36,035 nt of DNA from positions 1 through 36,035 of the IMG/VR virus record IMGVR_UViG_3300045988_105737. One strand, 5' to 3'. The notes beneath the pieces are model-generated. The model saw nothing but the letters and a program-made list of their open reading frames with translations. It did no database searches and was not told the DNA's origin. Of the stretch, positions 9,586-18,764 are shown piece after piece. A program made the position numbers and the translations under genes. Positions within the stretch are counted from its first letter, which is position 1. The number at the start of each line of letters is the position of its first letter. This DNA comes from a virus.

Positions 9586-9927
9586 ATGAAAATTAAAATT
9601 AAAGGCACAGAATATGAACTAAATTTTGGCATTCGTTTTGTTCGTGAATTGGACAAAGTAGCAAGCGTATCTAATAACGGAATTTCTTTAGGTATGGCTT
9701 TAATGCGTACATTACCAGCATTGCAAACATATGACCCAGTGGCATTGTGTAATGTAATTTATGCAGCAGCTTATGACAATAAGCCACGTCCAACTATGAA
9801 GGATGTAGAAGCTTTCATCGATAAGGAAGTTTCATTTGAAGATTTAGAAAAGTATTTTGACAATATTCTTAAGCAAATTGATGAAAGTACAGCTACTAAG
9901 CTTGTGTCAAAAAACCTCAAAGCCTAG
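9586..9927 (+). CDS. Tail assembly chaperone, short form (gpG-like)
   Basis: 113 aa between the major tail and tape measure genes. The slippery heptamer lies 10 nt before its stop codon. Confidence 0.8.
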   Translation: MKIKIKGTEYELNFGIRFVRELDKVASVSNNGISLGMALMRTLPALQTYDPVALCNVIYAAAYDNKPRPTMKDVEAFIDKEVSFEDLEKYFDNILKQIDESTATKLVSKNLKA

Positions 9928-10409
9928 ATACTGGAGATGCAGGATTATCAAGTGAACAGATGTATCACGAGATAGTCCTTAACTCTTTAGCATATCTAGG
10001 CTTGGTTAGCATGCAAGAGATTGAAAAGATGACTTTTAACGAGTATCTGATACGTTTAGAGGCGTTTCAACTCAAAACAATCAAACGTAACGAAGAATTG
10101 GCTTATCAAGCGTGGCTTAATCAACAAGTGCAAGCCACAACAGGCAGTTCCAAGAATCCTAAACCTAAATTTAGGAAGTTTGACCAGTTCTTTGATGCTA
10201 ACGAGATGATTGATGAAGCTAGAGGGAACTTTGAGCCTGATTACAAAGCTGCAAGTAAGCAAAACACACTACAAACTAACGAAAGCTTATTTGCAGAGCG
10301 CTTGAAAAAATTTAAAAAGCTCAAGAAACAAGGAAAGATTATTCCTTGGAGCATGAGAACTAAAGAAGAAAGGGGGGGGCTTCTAAATGGCACAGTCATT
10401 CAGTGTTAA
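9586..10409 (+). CDS. Tail assembly chaperone, frameshift-extended form (gpGT-like, about 274 aa)
   Basis: Joins 9586..9915 (frame 1) to 9915..10409 (-1 frame). The -1 frame has no stop between the slip site and the annotated ORF start at 9960. Confidence 0.72.
9909..9915 (+). promoter_or_regulatory. -1 programmed ribosomal frameshift slippery heptamer A_AAA_AAC
   Basis: Zero-frame codons are tcA AAA AAC. The -1 frame from 9909 is open (KKPQSLDTGDAGLSSEQ) and runs straight into ORF 9960..10409, which is in that same frame. Confidence 0.8.
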
Positions 10410-13212
10410 AGCAGTATTGCAGGCTGTTGATGAAAGCTTTAGTTCAACTATGAGTAAAGCTATGCAAATGATGAAGAAGTTGCAAACAACAACTGATTCC
10501 GGGTCAGACAGTATGAATAAGAAATCAAATTCAGTAAGTAATACGTTTAAATCAATGGCCGGAGCTATAGGAACTGTTCAAATTGCCAGCAAAGCTTTTG
10601 ATACTGTTAAAAATTCATTAGATGGGGCTATCAGCCGGTTTGATACTTTGAACAAATATCCGGTTGTTATGAAGGCCTTAGGCTATTCAGCGAGGGATGT
10701 TTCTAAATCAACTAAATTGTTAAGCAATGGCATTGATGGGTTGCCAACATCATTAGATGAAATCACCTCAAATGCTCAACAGTTAGCGCCTCTTGTTGGT
10801 AGTTCTCAAAAAGCGGCGAAATCAGCTTTGGCACTTAACAATGCTTTCTTGGCTAGTGGTGCAAGTGTTGGAGATGCAAGCCGTGGGCTTACACAATATA
10901 CACAAATGTTATCTACCGGCAAAGTTGATATGATGAGTTGGCGAACGTTAATGGAAACGATGCCTATCGCCTTACGTAAGGTAGCTAATTCATTTGGCTT
11001 TACTGGAAAATCAGCTGAAACAGATTTATATGATGCTTTACAGAAAGGTAAAATAACTGTCGGCCAATTAAACGATAGATTTATCAAGCTAAATGGTGGA
11101 GTAAATGGCTTTGCTAGTTTAGCAAAGAAAAATAGTGCCGGAATAGCGACGTCGTTGGCTAACTTAAAAAATTCCGTAGTTAAAAATTTAGCTACTATGG
11201 TTACAGCTATTGACAAAGGATTTGCAAAAGCTGGATTTGGTTCTATTGCTCAACAATTAGATAGCCTTAAATATGCAATCAATGGAGCATTTACAGCAAT
11301 AGGCCCAGTCGCTACAAAAGCAGCATCGACAATTTTAAAAACCCTGTCAAGTATTTTTAATTTCGTTAAGCAAAATAAAGATTGGCTTGGACCTTTGGCG
11401 GCTAGTATAGTTACTTTTATTGGAGCGTTCAAAGGCACTCAGGCTGCTGTAAGTGGTATTACATCGTTAATAACTGGATTACAGAAAATGCAAACGTTCG
11501 CGCGGTCGGTAGCCGCTGCAAAGAACTCTATCAAGGCATTCTTTACACTACTAGGATTAAATCCTTGGATTGTATTAATTGCCGGTATTGCTGCAGTTGT
11601 TGCTGGTTTAGTGTGGTTCTTTACACAAACAAAAACCGGTCAAAAGGCGTGGCAAGCATTTACCCAATTCTTAAGCAACACATGGCAAAAGCTAGTTTCA
11701 ATTGCTCAAAACGTATGGAGTGCAATAGCGAACACGTTTACGACAGCTGTTGACAAAGTTAAAAGTGGATGGAACGGTATAACCAGCTTTTTTTCAAGTT
11801 TATGGCAAGGAATTGTTTCGGTGACGCAAAGTGTGTGGAATTCAATCGTTAATGTATTTACAACAGCTTGGAATGGGTTTATTCAAGCAGTATCGCCAAT
11901 CATTGATGCATTCAAGAACTTATGGAACTCGTTAACAGAATTCTTTATGGTTTTGTGGCAAAGAATTGTTTCCATTACTCAAACAATTTGGAATGGCTTG
12001 TCAACGTTCTTTTCAAGCCTATGGCAAGGAATTGTTGCGGTAGCTACACCTATTTGGAGTGGCTTGGTAACAGTTATAACTACTATGTGGAATGCGATTA
12101 AAACAGTAGTTCAAACAGGAATCAATGTTGTATCAACAGTAATTCAAACCACTATGACAGTACTACAAACGATTTGGTCAACGATTTGGAACACGATTGT
12201 AATAGTTGCACAAACTGTATGGAGTGTGATTACAGCAGCTGTACAGACTGGGATAACAATGATTTCATCAATTATTCAAGCGACACTTATGATCATTCAA
12301 ATAGTTTGGTCAACGATTTGGAACACGATTGTAATAGTTGCACAAACTGTATGGAATATGGTTGTAACTGTAATTTCAACAGCTATTAACGTAGTAGCAA
12401 GCATAATTCAAGCTATTACACAAGCTATCCAAGGTAATTGGGAAGCGGTATGGAATACGATTGTTTCAATTACTACCGCCGTTTGGAATGGCATTACATC
12501 AGTTGTGAGCGCTGGGATCAATGGCGTTAGAAGCGTGATAACAGCCGTAATGAATGGCTTGGGATCTGTTGTTAGTACGGTATGGAACACGATTAAGAAC
12601 GTATTTAACGCTGGTGTAAACTTTATCAAGTCAGTCGTTCACATTGACTTAAGTACACAAGGTAGAGCGATTATGAACTCTTTCCTTGAAGGCTTGCAAT
12701 CAGTATGGGAGACAGTTAAGTCTTTCGTTGGCAAGATCGGTTCATGGATCAAGAAACATAAAGGGCCAATCAGTTATGACCGTAAGTTGTTAATTCCCGC
12801 CGGTATCGCAATCATGACCGGCTTTAACAAAGGGTTACAAGGCCAATTTGAAGCAGTCAAGAAAAATGTATCTAATATGGCTGGTGCAGTTTCTGATGCA
12901 GTATCTAGCAATTTAGGAACAATCACAGTACCAAGCCCAGATGCAAGGAACTTCATGGCTACAATGAGTGCTTTACAGAGTGCTAGGCAAAATCTATATA
13001 GACAACACTTAGTAAGCTTTGGTGGGACTTTCAGTGATAACTTGACGATTGATAGTCCTACTATGGCACAGGAGAACAACAGTCTATTGCGGAAGATAGC
13101 AGATAAGCAACAGGATATCTATCTAGATGGTGATGTGCTTGTTGGAAGTACGTACGATAGATACGATAATCGCTTAGGAAATCGTGTAAATTTGAAAGGT
13201 AGGTGGAGTTGA
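10387..13212 (+). CDS. Tape measure protein
   Basis: 941 aa, the largest ORF, downstream of the G/GT genes. Has hydrophobic central segments and long W-x10-W periodic repeats. Confidence 0.9.
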   Translation: MAQSFSVKAVLQAVDESFSSTMSKAMQMMKKLQTTTDSGSDSMNKKSNSVSNTFKSMAGAIGTVQIASKAFDTVKNSLDGAISRFDTLNKYPVVMKALGYSARDVSKSTKLLSNGIDGLPTSLDEITSNAQQLAPLVGSSQKAAKSALALNNAFLASGASVGDASRGLTQYTQMLSTGKVDMMSWRTLMETMPIALRKVANSFGFTGKSAETDLYDALQKGKITVGQLNDRFIKLNGGVNGFASLAKKNSAGIATSLANLKNSVVKNLATMVTAIDKGFAKAGFGSIAQQLDSLKYAINGAFTAIGPVATKAASTILKTLSSIFNFVKQNKDWLGPLAASIVTFIGAFKGTQAAVSGITSLITGLQKMQTFARSVAAAKNSIKAFFTLLGLNPWIVLIAGIAAVVAGLVWFFTQTKTGQKAWQAFTQFLSNTWQKLVSIAQNVWSAIANTFTTAVDKVKSGWNGITSFFSSLWQGIVSVTQSVWNSIVNVFTTAWNGFIQAVSPIIDAFKNLWNSLTEFFMVLWQRIVSITQTIWNGLSTFFSSLWQGIVAVATPIWSGLVTVITTMWNAIKTVVQTGINVVSTVIQTTMTVLQTIWSTIWNTIVIVAQTVWSVITAAVQTGITMISSIIQATLMIIQIVWSTIWNTIVIVAQTVWNMVVTVISTAINVVASIIQAITQAIQGNWEAVWNTIVSITTAVWNGITSVVSAGINGVRSVITAVMNGLGSVVSTVWNTIKNVFNAGVNFIKSVVHIDLSTQGRAIMNSFLEGLQSVWETVKSFVGKIGSWIKKHKGPISYDRKLLIPAGIAIMTGFNKGLQGQFEAVKKNVSNMAGAVSDAVSSNLGTITVPSPDARNFMATMSALQSARQNLYRQHLVSFGGTFSDNLTIDSPTMAQENNSLLRKIADKQQDIYLDGDVLVGSTYDRYDNRLGNRVNLKGRWS
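12173..12355 (+). repeat. Internal duplication in the tape measure gene (51-bp exact copies, 132 bp apart)
   Basis: tttggtcaacgatttggaacacgattgtaatagttgcacaaactgtatgga occurs at 12173-12223 and 12305-12355. The offset is 132 bp, or 44 codons (4 x 11). Confidence 0.9.
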
Positions 13213-13973
13213 TGCAGTATGAGTTTAGAAACCTTGATCCTATAGATGAGGAAGCTAAACCAAACATAGCAAGCGAAGGCTTTATCTTTAACAATTACGA
13301 TACACGCTTGAACGGCTGGTGGTTAACTGAGAGAACAGCTCCAACACCTGAAGAACAGGAGATTACTGAAAGCGTGCCGTATCGCCAAGGAAGCTACGAT
13401 TTTTCGATGATTGATAACGAACGTTTTTTCAACAATCGCGAGATCACTTACAAGCTGCTGTATGTTGGCGAAAAATATTATAATCGTAAAGGCTTTGAAC
13501 AAGAGTTAAAACGGCAATTAATGCCGCACAATTGGGATAAACTAGTTGATACACACGAGCCGACTTATTATTGGTGGGCTAAGTGCAAGAGTGTTGAAGT
13601 TAACGATAATAGTGATAACGAAACACTTGAAGCTTCAATCGTGTTTACTGCATATCCGTATGCTTACACGAACCACAACGAAGGTGCTGATTACTGGGAT
13701 GATGTTTTCTTCCCTCACTGGCTGTGGCAACAAGTCAAGTTCAGTGTCAATGGCAGTCAGGACGTCAATGTTAAAAATATTGGCTCACGGCCAGTTTTAT
13801 CGTCTTTTGTGGTAACTGGTAACGTCAAGGCAAAAGGAAGCTTTGGCGAAGTATCGTTAAATGATGGCAATTACAAGCAAACACAGGTAGTGCTTGTAAT
13901 TGGTGATAACAAAATCAATTTGTTTGGCAACGGCACGATTGAATTTATCTTTAAACGTGAGGAGATGGTTTAA
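13212..13973 (+). CDS. Distal tail protein (Dit)
   Basis: First gene after the TMP, of Sipho_tail-like size. The ATG at 13212 overlaps the TMP stop (TGATG) behind aggtggag. The ORF-track start at 13203 lies inside that SD. Confidence 0.7.
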   Translation: MQYEFRNLDPIDEEAKPNIASEGFIFNNYDTRLNGWWLTERTAPTPEEQEITESVPYRQGSYDFSMIDNERFFNNREITYKLLYVGEKYYNRKGFEQELKRQLMPHNWDKLVDTHEPTYYWWAKCKSVEVNDNSDNETLEASIVFTAYPYAYTNHNEGADYWDDVFFPHWLWQQVKFSVNGSQDVNVKNIGSRPVLSSFVVTGNVKAKGSFGEVSLNDGNYKQTQVVLVIGDNKINLFGNGTIEFIFKREEMV

Positions 13974-16270
13974 TGTATCGGATTATTGGATATAACGAGC
14001 CTACCGATAAGAATGGCTTTATCGTGCTTGATCAACGAGTTAATCGCACGGTTAGCGAAGGCAAGTTGACGATCAAAGAAACCGATATTGATGATCTGGA
14101 ACTCACTGTAAATCGTGATAGTTTGTTGTTTGATAACGTCAGACCAATGCACACACATGTTGAAGTCTATGATGATGATAAACTGTTGTTTCGAGGCCGA
14201 GCAATCAAGCCAAAGAAAGAAATGCAATCAAGCGGGAACTTTATTAGAACATACACGTTCGAGGATATCGAAGCATATCTGCTTGATAGCGTTCAGCGGT
14301 TTTACGAAGCCGTCGGATTGAAACCAAAAGAGTTTCTGCAGTCGCTACTGGATGTTCATAATAGTCAAGTACCACAGTATAAGCAATTTAAGTTGCGTAA
14401 CTGTAACGTTACTAACAATAAGGATGATGCTTATCGACAAATCGATTATCCCAAAACACGGGATGCAATCAAAGACAAGCTAATTAACGAGTTAGGTGGC
14501 TATCTAGTAACAGAATACAGGCCAGGTGGACCGAATGTGCTTGACTATGTAACTGATATTGGTAGTGATCATAAGAACGATACGCCTATTCAGTTAGCAG
14601 TCAATATGCAATCTGCAAGTCTTACAATTGATCCTACAAAAGTTATAACTAGACTTATACCTTTGGGGAAACAATTAGAAAGTAACAAAGTTGAAGTTGA
14701 TGGTGAAAACTCAACAGTAACGGCTGGTGGCGGTGCGACTACCGCTATCAATGGTGATTGGACTGAAGCAATTAAGCATGCTGCAAAGATGATGAATGTT
14801 AACCTTGATCAGAACGGCTTAAGCGCTGTTTTAAGACGTATTAATCAAGAGTCTGGCGGTAGTGAGACTGTTACGAACAATTGGGACAGTAATGCAGCAG
14901 CAGGCCACCCATCAACTGGTTTGCTTCAGTATATTCAACCAACATTTGATGTTTGGAAGGTACAAGGATATGAAGATATTCATAAAGGTTTTCATCAGCT
15001 TTTAGCATTGTTTAATGACTCTAATTGGTTAGCTGATATCTCACACGCTGGCGGTTGGGGCCCAACTGGTACACGACGAGTTAACGGGCCTGTTAGTGAT
15101 ACCACGACAACAACAACATCAAACAGCTGGGGGTGGCCATTTCCTAGCGTTGGCGAAGGTAGTTTTTCTGGCGGCCAATTATTTGGCGTTCATCCTGGCG
15201 GTGAATTTAGGCCTAACGGGTTCCATGATGGTTTAGATTTTGGATCTGTAGATCATCCGGGTAGTGAAATACACGCTATTCATGGCGGCACAGTGGTTTT
15301 CAAAGGCTATATGGGTGGCCTTGGTAGCTACGTCGTGACACATAGTACTGATGGCTTTAACATTGTGTATCAGGAGGCGTTTAGCAGTGCTGGGCAAATT
15401 CGGGTAAACGTTGGTGATAAAGTCAAAACCGGCGATGTTATTGGTTGGAGAGACACCAGTCATTTACACGTTGGCGTTACTAAAGCCGATTTTTATGAAG
15501 CTGTCAGAAAATCATTTACGAATGATGGGACATGGTTAGACCCACAAGCGTTGATAAAAAGCGGTGGTGATGGTTCACAATCTAAAGATGAGAATAAAAA
15601 GGATGAGATCAGCGATTCAAATGCTGCTAAACCCAAACTAACAATCACTAGCGTCAACGAGGGACGTGATTATATCGATATACCAGATTTGCAGAAAGAA
15701 TTTGGTATTATTTGCGGCACGGTTGAGTTTAACGAAGTAACTGACACTAACGTTTTAATGAGTCAAGCCAAAGCATGGATAGATGCACAGCGAGTTCCAG
15801 AAAATTGGCAAGTTAGTGCGATTGAGTTGAATTTGCCTAATTTCAACCATTTTAAAGTTGCTGACCGCTATATGTTTATCAACCCCTATGTTGCACAATC
15901 TCAGTTATTACGAGTTGTACAGAAGGAAATTGATCTTTTAAGGCCACACAAATCAACATTAACTATTGGCGATAAGTCACTAGGATTAACTGATTATCAG
16001 GCAGAAACAAACCGACAGGGTCAAGATTTAGAACGTGTCAAGGTTATTGTTGGCCGTGTAGCTGAAGTTCAAGCAAGTGGGCAATCTAACGTATCGAGCA
16101 CTACTACAATCATTCAGAATGGAGCAAGCAGTGAAGATGTAACACAGCTTAAGTTTGATATAAAACAACTACAAACGGTTATCAATGATAGAATTCCAGC
16201 GGGATATGTATCACAAGCGGATTTCGATGCACTAAAGGCCGAAGTTGATAAGTTGAAAGGAGAAAGTTAA
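13973..16270 (+). CDS. Tail-associated lysin (Tal) with lytic transglycosylase and M23 peptidase domains
   Basis: SLT-type motif RINQESGGSETVTNNWDSNAAAGHPSTGLLQYIQPTF at about nt 14830-14950. M23 motifs HDGLDFG (from nt 15224) and HLHVGV (from nt 15461). The N-terminal region is sized like a prophage tail endopeptidase. Confidence 0.85.
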   Translation: MYRIIGYNEPTDKNGFIVLDQRVNRTVSEGKLTIKETDIDDLELTVNRDSLLFDNVRPMHTHVEVYDDDKLLFRGRAIKPKKEMQSSGNFIRTYTFEDIEAYLLDSVQRFYEAVGLKPKEFLQSLLDVHNSQVPQYKQFKLRNCNVTNNKDDAYRQIDYPKTRDAIKDKLINELGGYLVTEYRPGGPNVLDYVTDIGSDHKNDTPIQLAVNMQSASLTIDPTKVITRLIPLGKQLESNKVEVDGENSTVTAGGGATTAINGDWTEAIKHAAKMMNVNLDQNGLSAVLRRINQESGGSETVTNNWDSNAAAGHPSTGLLQYIQPTFDVWKVQGYEDIHKGFHQLLALFNDSNWLADISHAGGWGPTGTRRVNGPVSDTTTTTTSNSWGWPFPSVGEGSFSGGQLFGVHPGGEFRPNGFHDGLDFGSVDHPGSEIHAIHGGTVVFKGYMGGLGSYVVTHSTDGFNIVYQEAFSSAGQIRVNVGDKVKTGDVIGWRDTSHLHVGVTKADFYEAVRKSFTNDGTWLDPQALIKSGGDGSQSKDENKKDEISDSNAAKPKLTITSVNEGRDYIDIPDLQKEFGIICGTVEFNEVTDTNVLMSQAKAWIDAQRVPENWQVSAIELNLPNFNHFKVADRYMFINPYVAQSQLLRVVQKEIDLLRPHKSTLTIGDKSLGLTDYQAETNRQGQDLERVKVIVGRVAEVQASGQSNVSSTTTIIQNGASSEDVTQLKFDIKQLQTVINDRIPAGYVSQADFDALKAEVDKLKGES

Positions 16271-16447
16271 ATGGCTACTACCGATGAGATGAAGCACATT
16301 GCTGAAACAATTCGTAAGGCACAATACGGCAAAGATGTTCGGGAAGCTATAGCAAAAGGCTTTGAACTGTTAGCTTCAAAGCAGGACAAAGTAGATGGCT
16401 TTTTGAATTCCTATGGGCTTGATGAAGACACTATAGACAAACAATAA
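16271..16447 (+). CDS. Small tail-module protein (58 aa), absent from the ORF track
   Basis: The ATG directly abuts the Tal stop codon. Translation: MATTDEMKHIAETIRKAQYGKDVREAIAKGFELLASKQDKVDGFLNSYGLDEDTIDKQ. The IRKAQYGKDVREAIAKG stretch resembles N-termini of Firmicutes phage fibre/baseplate proteins, judged from memory only. Confidence 0.5.
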   Translation: MATTDEMKHIAETIRKAQYGKDVREAIAKGFELLASKQDKVDGFLNSYGLDEDTIDKQ

Positions 16448-16464
16448 GGAAGAAGGTTTAGTAA

Positions 16465-17814
16465 ATGGCACTACGAGAGAAAGCACGGCTAACGCTTGAT
16501 CTAACGCGATATCAAGATCAAATCTTAGATATTAGCGGCTATTTTAACGGCCGTGTAGGAGACACAGACGACCATTTGCCTGTGTACATTACCAGTAACG
16601 GGCTACCAGTTAATATGAGTGGCTGGAAGTACGAGTATGGCGGTGTAGACAACCAAGGGCATGTACACAAACATATCTATCCAGTAAAAGGCGATGATCG
16701 TAACGACCAAATTATGTTAGGACGAGCAACACTGCACTTTGATGAACGCACGTTCAACGTCCCCGGTCACTGGCAACAATTTTATATCAGATTCATTGGC
16801 AAGGACGGTTCAACCGTATCAACTGTTGATATGGATTTTAACGTTATCGATGATCAATTTTTTGCACACATCGGAAACGCTGGCAGAGATTACATTGATG
16901 AATTAGAGAAGATCCTTGATCAAGTAACTAATAAAGGCAACACAATCAAGGACGAACTTAACGAGAAAGGCGAAACATATAACCGAGAATTCAGTGAATG
17001 GTTGGCTAAGTACAAGCAGTCGTTAAATGATGCAATGGCAGAGGTCAACGACCCTAAGAATGGGTTATATGTCCGCTATAACCAATTGCTAGAGATGACA
17101 AAGCAGATCCAGGAAACATTAAAGCAAGCTCAGTTTCACGATCGAGCATGGCAATTCAGTGATGTTCCAACCATGCAAGACTATGCTCCACTAGCTGCAG
17201 GTGATCTTGCAATTACAAAAGGCTGGAATAACTATGATGATGGGCATGGAGCTGTTTGGCAAATTCGTGTTAAACATAAGGATGAAGTCCCAGATGGCAC
17301 TAACGTTATCGCGCTATCCAATGGTATGGCTGCTGAACGTAACGCAAGTATAGTAACAGCTGACAGCTTGGAAGATTTGCTTTATGGCTACAAGATCACA
17401 ATCATGCACAATCAGAAAGATTATCCTAAACCAACTGTATTCTACTATGAAAACGCGATTGGTACTGAAATTGGTGGTTTTGCTTCTGGTTCATTTGGTG
17501 AAACTTTAACTAAATTAGTTCCTTGTGAAGCTGAGTATGCGAACAATAATTCAATTGTTGTCCGTATACCACGTAATTTTTACATGAACGCTGTACCTTT
17601 CTACAAGTATGGTGACTGGTATTTAAGAAGTGAGAATAAAGTAATTAAAATTAGTTTAGGTGATGTTGATGATGCTGCTGCTAAGGCTGGAGATGGTAAA
17701 GGAGGAAGCACTCTTGCCGGTGGATCTGGTTACTTTAGCAAACCAACAGGCCCATCTGACTTACGTGCCAACAATATTGATCAACATACACAACGCCTAG
17801 AATGGCGCAAATAA
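16465..17814 (+). CDS. Baseplate upper / receptor-binding protein candidate (BppU-like N-terminus)
   Basis: 449 aa downstream of Tal. The N-terminal about 130 aa have a BppU_N-like beta-rich layout, followed by a central coiled-coil stretch and a C-terminal globular part ending in a G-rich tail. Confidence 0.45.
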   Translation: MALREKARLTLDLTRYQDQILDISGYFNGRVGDTDDHLPVYITSNGLPVNMSGWKYEYGGVDNQGHVHKHIYPVKGDDRNDQIMLGRATLHFDERTFNVPGHWQQFYIRFIGKDGSTVSTVDMDFNVIDDQFFAHIGNAGRDYIDELEKILDQVTNKGNTIKDELNEKGETYNREFSEWLAKYKQSLNDAMAEVNDPKNGLYVRYNQLLEMTKQIQETLKQAQFHDRAWQFSDVPTMQDYAPLAAGDLAITKGWNNYDDGHGAVWQIRVKHKDEVPDGTNVIALSNGMAAERNASIVTADSLEDLLYGYKITIMHNQKDYPKPTVFYYENAIGTEIGGFASGSFGETLTKLVPCEAEYANNNSIVVRIPRNFYMNAVPFYKYGDWYLRSENKVIKISLGDVDDAAAKAGDGKGGSTLAGGSGYFSKPTGPSDLRANNIDQHTQRLEWRK

Positions 17815-17834
17815 AAAAGAAAGAAGGAACAAAC

Positions 17835-18227
17835 ATGGCAATAAATTTTGAACCTATTTTTTCTGAAATGGCAAATGGACCAGAAAAAATTAAAGAAAAC
17901 TTTGATAAAGTAAACAATGGTTTGCTTTGGAGCCAACCACAGAGCTTCTTAAATTTAGAAGGGATTGGTAATTCCAACTCTTACAAAATCAAAAATGATG
18001 GCAGCGAAATTTCATTAACGATGTATATTACTGGTGATGGTAACGGATCGTGCTATTTACCAATATCAATCTCAAAAAAACTTGATTATAATTCAATAGT
18101 TGGGCGCACAGACAATAAAGGAATTGGCTATATGAACATCAACAACGGGACTGGTAAATGTACGTTCTACAAACCAGATACATCGGGAATGTATATTCAA
18201 GCGTCAATTCCATTGATAGAACACTAG
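17835..18227 (+). CDS. Tail-tip accessory / possible receptor-binding head protein (130 aa)
   Basis: The ATG at 17835 follows gaaggaa. The ORF-track start at 17802 has no SD and overlaps the upstream gene. Function unknown; called by position in the baseplate block. Confidence 0.4.
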   Translation: MAINFEPIFSEMANGPEKIKENFDKVNNGLLWSQPQSFLNLEGIGNSNSYKIKNDGSEISLTMYITGDGNGSCYLPISISKKLDYNSIVGRTDNKGIGYMNINNGTGKCTFYKPDTSGMYIQASIPLIEH

Positions 18228-18238
18228 GAGGAGAACAA

Positions 18239-18598
18239 ATGAAGCAAGTATATTTTTATAATAGTATCACAAAAGAATTTGCTGGCTATGATGTAATTGA
18301 AGATACTGCAGAAATTCCAGCTAATGCTACAACAGTAAAACCAGTAGATAACAACAGTGTTGGCTTGTATGGCCCAACTTGGAATGAAAACACATATTCT
18401 TGGAATGGTTTAACAGAAGAAGAATGGAAGCAAAAGCATGCTACTTCAGAGCCTAAACCAGAACCAACTCAAGATCAACAAACGTTAGCATCTTTAACTA
18501 AGCAAGTTATGCAATTACAAACAGCAAATGTACAACAACAAAAGATCAATACAAGTTTAACAAAACAATTAATGGATCTAAATAAGGGAGGAAAATAA
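18239..18598 (+). CDS. XkdW-like / fibre-assembly-like small protein (119 aa)
   Basis: The ATG at 18239 is 8 nt after taggaggag, so the ORF-track start at 18158 is an upstream extension. N-terminus MKQVYFYNSITKEFAGYDVIEDTAEIPANATTVKP, with a Q-rich coiled C-terminus. Confidence 0.45.
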   Translation: MKQVYFYNSITKEFAGYDVIEDTAEIPANATTVKPVDNNSVGLYGPTWNENTYSWNGLTEEEWKQKHATSEPKPEPTQDQQTLASLTKQVMQLQTANVQQQKINTSLTKQLMDLNKGGK

Positions 18599-18599
18599 C

Positions 18600-18764
18600 A
18601 TGGACGAAGTGATGTATACAATGTTTAAGGAATATTATCCATTAGGATTATTTAGCGTAGATGATTGTCGTTTAGCTGTTCAAGTTCATTATTTTGGCAA
18701 GGAACAATTTAAAGAAATTACCGGTCAAGATTATGATGTACCAGTAGCAAATCCAGCAGTTTAA
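18600..18764 (+). CDS. XkdX-family small protein (54 aa), absent from the ORF track
   Basis: Translation: MDEVMYTMFKEYYPLGLFSVDDCRLAVQVHYFGKEQFKEITGQDYDVPVANPAV. It shows the XkdX pattern (YY.LGL.. ... FKEITG..Y). SD gggagga. Sits just before the lysis cassette, as in PBSX-like elements. Confidence 0.65.
   Translation: MDEVMYTMFKEYYPLGLFSVDDCRLAVQVHYFGKEQFKEITGQDYDVPVANPAV

Noticed and set aside
10372-10379. G8 homopolymer at the end of the gpT-like ORF, considered as a slippage site fusing the chaperone to the tape measure protein or as a phase-variable tract.
   Set aside because: The TMP frame is closed by TAA at 10384-10386 just before its ATG, so no fusion is possible. The tract doubles as the TMP SD (aggggggg). 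It is still worth remembering as an error-prone homopolymer in sequencing data.
11565-12389. Cys-rich alternative-frame ORFs inside the tape measure gene (11565-11753 and 12174-12389), the second showing an internal repeat (NDLEHDCNSCTNCME x2).
   Set aside because: The repeat is simply the 51-bp TMP duplication read out of frame. There are no SDs, and the TMP frame is continuous and strongly periodic.
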